In this document: one piece after another, positions 18,528-24,000 of the stretch | Layout of the letters: each line of letters starts with the position of its first letter | Position numbering within the stretch: the first letter of the stretch is position 1 | Source of the DNA: Campylobacter phage PT14_12670_16 | DNA: 24,000 nt | Sequence record: PV052266.1 | Strand: one strand, 5' to 3' | Notes under the pieces: generated by a model | Seen by the model: only the letters and a program-made list of their open reading frames with translations | The model's database searches: none | What the model was told of the DNA's origin: nothing | Program-made: the position numbers and the translations under genes

Positions 18528-21143
18528 ATGAGTGATATTATTAAAATAGATGGCAAATGGTTTCATTAGATGTAGATTCTTTAAAAGATGCTTCTATTGA
18601 AACTATTATTAAAATATTAAATTATACTGAAGATACATTTAAACCTTTGCTAGATTATATGTCTAACAATGGAATGGCTTATTATATGATTTTATATGGA
18701 AGATTTAATAATGAGTCTTTATATAAACAAATGGGAATAAACATGGTAAAAACATTAGGTGCTGTTGCAATGTTATTCCCACCTGTAAGGTTAGTAGGAT
18801 CAGGTTCTAGAGTTATCACTGTTGTACCAAAATTAGTATTTAGTAAAGGTGGATTAGTAAATGTTACATTAATATCTGCTGGTGCAGCTTTAAAAACAGA
18901 AGAAAATAATGAGCTATATACACTTGAAACTATGCTTAAAAATGCAATTGTGTTTATATTTGAAGATATTATAGTTAGTACTTTTAAAATGGCTAAAGAT
19001 GGTATAATGAAATTAAGTTTAGGTATAGCTGAAAAAATAAAAAAAGATGGAAGTGTTTTAGTTAATGGATTAGGTATATACTTATATACAGATCTTGATA
19101 ACATGGATCCAACTTTATTATCAAAAAATTCAGAAACTTACTATAAATTAAGACCTGATTTATTAATTATTTTTGAATACATCACAACTCAAGCTAAAAC
19201 TAATAAATTTGTTGATAATTATTATTTTGAATCTTTAAGTTTAATGAAGGAAAAAGATGCAAAACTATATTCAATGGTAAAAAATTCAATATTTGGAAAA
19301 CAACATGTAAGACAAGGATTTATAAGACTTGTACACAACGCAATGTATTATTTTTCAAATTCTTATGAAGTAACATATGATGATTTTAATGATAACATAG
19401 ATGATGTCCTACCATCTAATATATTAAATGATTTTAAAAAAATGATTTTGGACAATTCTTTAGAAGCATTAAAAGACAAAAAAGGGAAACAAAAAACATC
19501 ACTATTTGGTGATAAATTATATAAAGTAGTATATGATAAAAGTGCTTCACAAAGTTATAATATTGGAGATGTACAAGATCTTAATAGGTTGACAAAAGCA
19601 CAATTTTTTAATGTGAATAAAAAACTTCAAAATCAGACAGTTTTAAGTCAATTTGATATAGAACCACAGAAAACAGAAAAAAATACTGCAAATGTTTCAA
19701 CACCATCTACTATAGTAGGAAGAGTAAATTCTGTACTACAAAAACATGTAGGTAGGGCAAAATTAACATCAGAAGGAGTTGCTCATGTTAAAAAATATGG
19801 TATTACTACAACAAAGTCAAGTCTTACTTTAGAAGGTTTTGATCCATCTAAATATTATTTTTCATATAGTGGTACTGAGCCATTTAATACTGGTATAGGA
19901 AAATTAGATTCAAAGCTTTTATACAATTTAAATCTAATGGCTTATGACTATTTTAATACATATAAAAAACAATTTATTGTAACTTCTGGTTATAGAAGTA
20001 TGGAATCACAGCAAAAATTATATAATAATTTTATAAATGGTAAGGGTAGTCCTACAAACAGACGTGGATATTCATTACATGAATATGGTATGGCAGTAGA
20101 TATTAATAGTGCAGATGCAATAAAATTAGATTCTAGTGGAATGCTTTCAAAACATGGTTTTTGGAGGCCTATACCAAATAAGGAAGCTTGGCATGTTCAA
20201 GCAAAAAACATTACTGATAAAAACGGTGATGGTATGCTTGAAGCTGATATTGTTGAAACTAAAAAGAAACAAGCAAATACATTACAAAAGACAAAAGCTA
20301 TAAGTACTACTATTACTCCAATTAATACAAATGTAAAAAAACAATTATCTACAAATACAGTAGTTTCTACTTCTGGTAAATATTATTCTATAGATATAGG
20401 TAAATCTGTATATGTTTCTAATATAAAACAAGAAAAAGCTATAAAAGTAAATACAAGAGATGTTAAACAAAGCACAAATAAAGTTATAACAAAGACTATT
20501 GAACCAACTGCAAATAAAGAAGTTATAACAGATATAAAAACAAAAGGTATTAATCATTCTAATATATCAAGAAAGTATGCTGCAGAGGATACAATTGAAA
20601 TTAATAAAGAAGTAAAGAGATTGGGTGATGAGTTTGCACAGAAAATAATAAAGGTGCATCTATTCCTGGAGATATAGGATACAAAGATACTGGTAATGGC
20701 GTATCTATTCCTGGAGATATAGGATACAAAAATGCTGGTAATGGCGTATCTATTCCTGGAGATATAGGTTACGAGGAGAAAAAAATAGCAACTTCTTATG
20801 ATGTTAAAACGAAAAAGCAAAAAATATAACTTATAAAAAAGGAAAAGATGATAATACCTATTATACATCATATGGTAATTTTATTACCAAGAAAACAAGA
20901 ACATATGATGATGGAACCAAGGAAGATTATTATTTAACAAATACCGGTCTTGAATTAACAGAAAATATGTTACAAAATGATACAGACGAACAATTTACTG
21001 AAATGTCAGGATTATCAAAGGATCAATTTCAAAAAGGTATTAATTTAATAAATAATAAACAATCTTCTACTAATGGAGACGGTGATAAACCTTCTGTTGA
21101 TGCTGTCAAATCAGTTGAAATTACAAAGAAATTAGGATTATAA
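18528..21143 (+). CDS. Large tail/hub protein with M15 (VanY/D-Ala-D-Ala carboxypeptidase-like) peptidoglycan peptidase domain; homopolymer frameshifts near 18555, 20645 and 20820
   Basis: ORF 18557..20677 plus restored ends. Peptidase region 'TSGYRSMESQQKLYNNFINGKGSPTNRRGYSLHEYGMAVDINS...SKHGFWRPIPNKEAWHVQA' has the SxHxxGxAxD and ExWH zinc-peptidase motifs. C-terminus is restored as 'NITYKKGKDDNTYYTSYGNFITKKTRTYDDGTKEDYYLTNTGLELTENMLQNDTDEQF...ITKKLGL'. Confidence 0.82.
20656..20774 (+). repeat. 45-nt tandem repeat (about 2.6 copies) encoding (SIPGDIGYKDTGNGV)n
   Basis: Copies begin at 20656, 20701 and 20746: 'GTATCTATTCCTGGAGATATAGGATACAAARATRCTGGTAATGGC'. Confidence 0.9.
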
Positions 21144-21144
21144 C

Positions 21145-22101
21145 ATGGCTGAAGTAATTAATATAGCTGGATTAGATAATGAAAAATATTTAGTTAAAAT
21201 AACAGCTTACGATATTGATAATTTAGGTATAGGGAAGGAAGTTATGGATTCCTGGGATGATTTGATAAAAAAAGTTGATGAAAGCGTATCAACTGATATT
21301 AACTCAAAAGGAGAGTACTCATCTATAGATCAGCTATCCGAAACTTCAAGTAATATATTAAAACGCACAGTTGAGCTAATGATTGATAGGGATTCTGCTA
21401 TTATATCAACAGATGCTGCTGGGACATTCTATTTCGCTCTACCAAACTCATTATCAGACCAATATGTACAATCATATGAAGTACAGTCTATGAATTTGTT
21501 AGGTAGTGCTATTTCAAAAGCAAGTAGCTATGCAGGTCAAACTTCTATAAAAAATATATCTGAACAAGCATTAAAAAGAAGTGGTATTCAACTAGATGCT
21601 AATATCTTATCAATATATAGGTCATCAAATCCTAGGAATATAGATATGTCTTGCAACATAATACCAAAATCAAGAAAACAATATGACGCTTATGTTGCTC
21701 AAATAAGTAAATTAAAAAACTGGACAAAAGCTAAAAGGAAGGCTATTACTTTAGGTAGTGTAGGAAACATAATAGGTATGAACTTTTTGATTATGAAATA
21801 CATTTTTTGTATAGAAATTATCTCATTACAAAATGATAAAACACGTTTAGTTTCAAAGCTATTAAGTGCTTCAAGAGATGTTACAGAAGGCTTCTTTATA
21901 TCTTTGATAAATACTAATATAGGGTCAAGGCAACTAATGTTGAGACATGATGGTAATGCGACTGAATTTTCTCTTAGTATTCAATTTATTGAAAGGAAGG
22001 CTTTATGGAGAGATGATTGGGAAAAGAAAATAAATAGCCTATATAACTATCAAGGTAAATCAGAAACTTCTTTGAAAGAAGATGATATTTATAAAGAATA
22101 G
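21145..22101 (+). CDS. Baseplate tail-tube cap/initiator-like protein (gp48/gp54 family position)
   Basis: Intact 318-aa ORF. 'TFYFALPNSLSDQYVQSYEVQSMNLLGSAISKA', 'RNIDMSCNIIPKSRKQYDAYVAQISKLKNW' and C-terminal 'LMLRHDGNATEFSLSIQFIERKALWRDDW'. Same domain order as the downstream gene. Synteny: hub protein, 48-like, 54-like, 53. Confidence 0.6.
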   Translation: MAEVINIAGLDNEKYLVKITAYDIDNLGIGKEVMDSWDDLIKKVDESVSTDINSKGEYSSIDQLSETSSNILKRTVELMIDRDSAIISTDAAGTFYFALPNSLSDQYVQSYEVQSMNLLGSAISKASSYAGQTSIKNISEQALKRSGIQLDANILSIYRSSNPRNIDMSCNIIPKSRKQYDAYVAQISKLKNWTKAKRKAITLGSVGNIIGMNFLIMKYIFCIEIISLQNDKTRLVSKLLSASRDVTEGFFISLINTNIGSRQLMLRHDGNATEFSLSIQFIERKALWRDDWEKKINSLYNYQGKSETSLKEDDIYKE

Positions 22102-22116
22102 AAAGGATGCAATTTT

Positions 22117-23239
22117 ATGAATGATACACAAACTATCCAAATATTTGATTTAATAGGTGACTCACAAGCTAGAGATTATATTGCTATAAAAGCTTATAAA
22201 ATAGGAAGTGATGTATCGGGTATAAAAGATAGCATTAATGATATTTTAGATGATGATCCATCAAAAGCATTTGATAATATTTTAAACATGGCAGAGAATA
22301 ATATTTCAAATATTATAAAGGCATCTAACTGGGAGGCAGGGCCTAGATTAAAAGGTGGTGTGCCATGTAAATATATTTGGATATTAGCTATACCATCATC
22401 TTTAGGAGAAGCATTTAGCCATGAATTTAATCAAGATGAAATAGATGCAATAGGTGATATGATAGGATAATAAAATTATGGCATCTATAAGATCATTTGC
22501 GAATTTTTTAAAAAAGGGCCCTAAAAAAGTACATAATACAGAAGTACCACCACATACAATAAAAGCTAACAAAGCAAAACCTAATAAAATGTCTACAGTT
22601 AAAGGTAAAATTAAAAAAGGTGGTGCTATAGTTGGAATGGCAACTGGTGCAGCATTACCTTTTGGGTATAATCTACTAAAACGGAATAATATCAGGACTG
22701 AGGCTCATATTATCAATACATATAATGGAACACCAAATAGGGTATTTAATTTTGAAACTATTCTTTTAGGTAATAATGCAAAACATGCAGAGGATATTGT
22801 TAAGGCGTTATTACAGTTAAAATCAATAATGACTGGGACTCTATTGGGTACAGATAAAACTGGATTATTAATATCACAAGATTATATTTTTACAATAGAA
22901 TTTGGATCTAAAGATCCAACTAAAGGTGAACAGCTTAAAAAAGTATTAAATGAACTTTTACAGTTAAATCATGAAGAAAACGGAGAAACTGAGTTGAAGC
23001 TTAAAATGTGTAATATTAATTACATGGGTCAGGCATCTGCTTTATATGGAAATGCATTACCAAGAGATTTATCTATTGCGTTACAATTTGAAGAAAAACG
23101 AGCTTTAAGAATGACATCATATATTGTTGAAACAACTGATACATCAAATCCAAATGGGAATGAAAAAATATCAGAAGGTAATATAGGACTAACAGAAGAG
23201 GAACTAAATTATAAATATTCACAAGATGAAAATAGTTAA
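22117..23239 (+). CDS. Second gp48/gp54-like baseplate protein, split into ORFs 22117..22470 and 22478..23239
   Basis: N-part 'MNDTQTIQIFDLIGDSQARDYIAIKAYKIGSDVSGIKDSIND...KYIWILAIPSSLGEAFSHEF'. C-part 'RVFNFETILLGNNAKHAEDIVKALLQLKSIMTG...CNINYMGQASALYGNALPRDLSIALQFEEKRALRM'. Combined length (~370 aa) and layout parallel the upstream gene. A real two-gene arrangement is not excluded. Confidence 0.5.
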
Positions 23240-23260
23240 TTTATAATACAAGGGCAAGTT

Positions 23261-23722
23261 ATGAAAAATTCTGTTTTGAATAATAAAATAATGGTTGATT
23301 TCAATGGATTTTCATTATCTCCTACATATTCAGTAAATATACCAAAATTAAGAGAATTTATGAAAAATAACTTATCAATGTTTTATGTTAAAGAAATGAA
23401 TGATAATGTTAGATTTGAAGTATTAGCATTAAGAGAATATAATGATTCATCTTTATGGGATATTTTGATGATTTTAAACTTTGGTGAAAATGGTATTCTT
23501 AATTTTGCTAAAGGCGATACTTGGGTAAGTGATAATGCTGAAAATCAATATAAAGAACAACAAGAATATTTTTCACCTAATTTTAAAGCTGAAGATTTAT
23601 ATAATCAAATACTATCAAAAATACAAAAAAAGAATGAATCAAGAAGGAAAGTTATTTTTATAAAAAGGCAATTTATACCTCAGTTTAAAGAATTCATAAA
23701 GGATATGTTAAATGTTTTCTGA
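23261..23722 (+). CDS. 53: Baseplate wedge protein gp53-like
   Basis: Intact 153-aa ORF. 'NLSMFYVKEMNDNVRFEVLALREYNDSSLWDILMILNFGENGILNFAKGDTWVSDNAENQYKEQQEYFSP...RQFIPQFKEFIKDML' resembles the gp53 fold (xYYIxxGxxxExLAxxxYGxxxLxWxLLxxN). Confidence 0.6.
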   Translation: MKNSVLNNKIMVDFNGFSLSPTYSVNIPKLREFMKNNLSMFYVKEMNDNVRFEVLALREYNDSSLWDILMILNFGENGILNFAKGDTWVSDNAENQYKEQQEYFSPNFKAEDLYNQILSKIQKKNESRRKVIFIKRQFIPQFKEFIKDMLNVF

Positions 23723-23732
23723 TTTTAAAATT

Positions 23733-24000
23733 ATGGCTGAAGCATATTATGCAATACTTTTATATTCAAATAATAAAAAATCTGAATTACCACTATACCC
23801 AGCTAATATATCAGATTTTACAATAATCTGGGATTATAATGATTTATGCGTTTAAGGTTATGTTATTTTTAATGATACCCAAAAAATAACAGAACTTTTA
23901 CCACCACATAACGGAATATGTTTTAAAGTTTCATTAAAAGATCACTTTAATATTAAGTTTGAAAGAGTATTTAAGGTAACAAAAATAGACAGAGATTTTG
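23733..24000 (+). CDS. Start of another virion/baseplate-region protein, frameshifted near 23848 and cut by the right edge
   Basis: 'MAEAYYAILLYSNNKKSELPLYPANISDFTIIWDYNDL' then '..GYVIFNDTQKITELLPPHNGICFKVSLKDHFNIKFERVFKVTKIDRDF'. Confidence 0.4.

Noticed and set aside
18682-19104. Minus-strand ORF 18682..19104
   Set aside because: Antisense to the large hub protein ORF, which has better coding character and motifs.
20656-20774. Short CRISPR-like array
   Set aside because: The 45-nt units are contiguous, without unique spacers, and stay in frame with the surrounding protein.
20345-20871. Minus-strand ORFs 20345..20557 and 20554..20871 with repeated 'SYISRNRYAITSIFV'
   Set aside because: Reverse reading of the hub gene C-terminal region; the peptide repeat is only the shadow of the 45-nt coding repeat.
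1-24000. Alternative genetic code (TAG=Gln or TGA=Trp/Gly)
   Set aside because: Only a few in-frame stops were seen, while long intact ORFs (for example 706 aa) have none and many gene ends use TGA or TAG. Errors explain the data better; kept as a low-interest check.

Overview
This AT-rich window (GC roughly a quarter to 30% by eye) reads as a segment of a T4-like myovirus genome. The left ~15.5 kb is almost entirely minus-strand DNA replication, recombination and metabolism genes: UvsX recombinase, a candidate Rz/Rz1-type spanin pair, clamp-loader ATPase gp44, a dUTPase-like protein, a FAD-dependent dehydrogenase-like protein, a DUF3310-like protein, an SLT-type transglycosylase, topoisomerase II subunits gp52 and fused gp39/60, and an AAA+ ATPase. 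The right ~8 kb holds virion and baseplate genes: a tail-tube-like protein, a protein with a carbohydrate-binding-like module, two CxxC proteins at the gp26/gp51 position, a large hub/tail protein with an M15 (VanY-like) peptidase domain, gp48/gp54-like proteins and gp53. Many genes, including essential ones, are broken by single-base indels, often short homopolymer contractions. I read these as uncorrected sequencing errors and give merged gene spans where both reading frames are recognisable. The most interesting observations are: (i) two near-perfect or perfect 35-36 bp palindromes between divergent genes that hold mirrored AT-rich late-promoter-like boxes and mirrored Shine-Dalgarno sequences; (ii) a modular homing endonuclease with five tandem zinc-finger-like repeats and a Vsr/EDxHD-like nuclease domain, placed between the topoisomerase genes, plus a related repeat protein next to uvsX; (iii) a phage-encoded FAD-dependent dehydrogenase of the COG2509 type; (iv) a cryptic overlapping spanin pair; and (v) a GC-elevated, hairpin-containing intergenic block.
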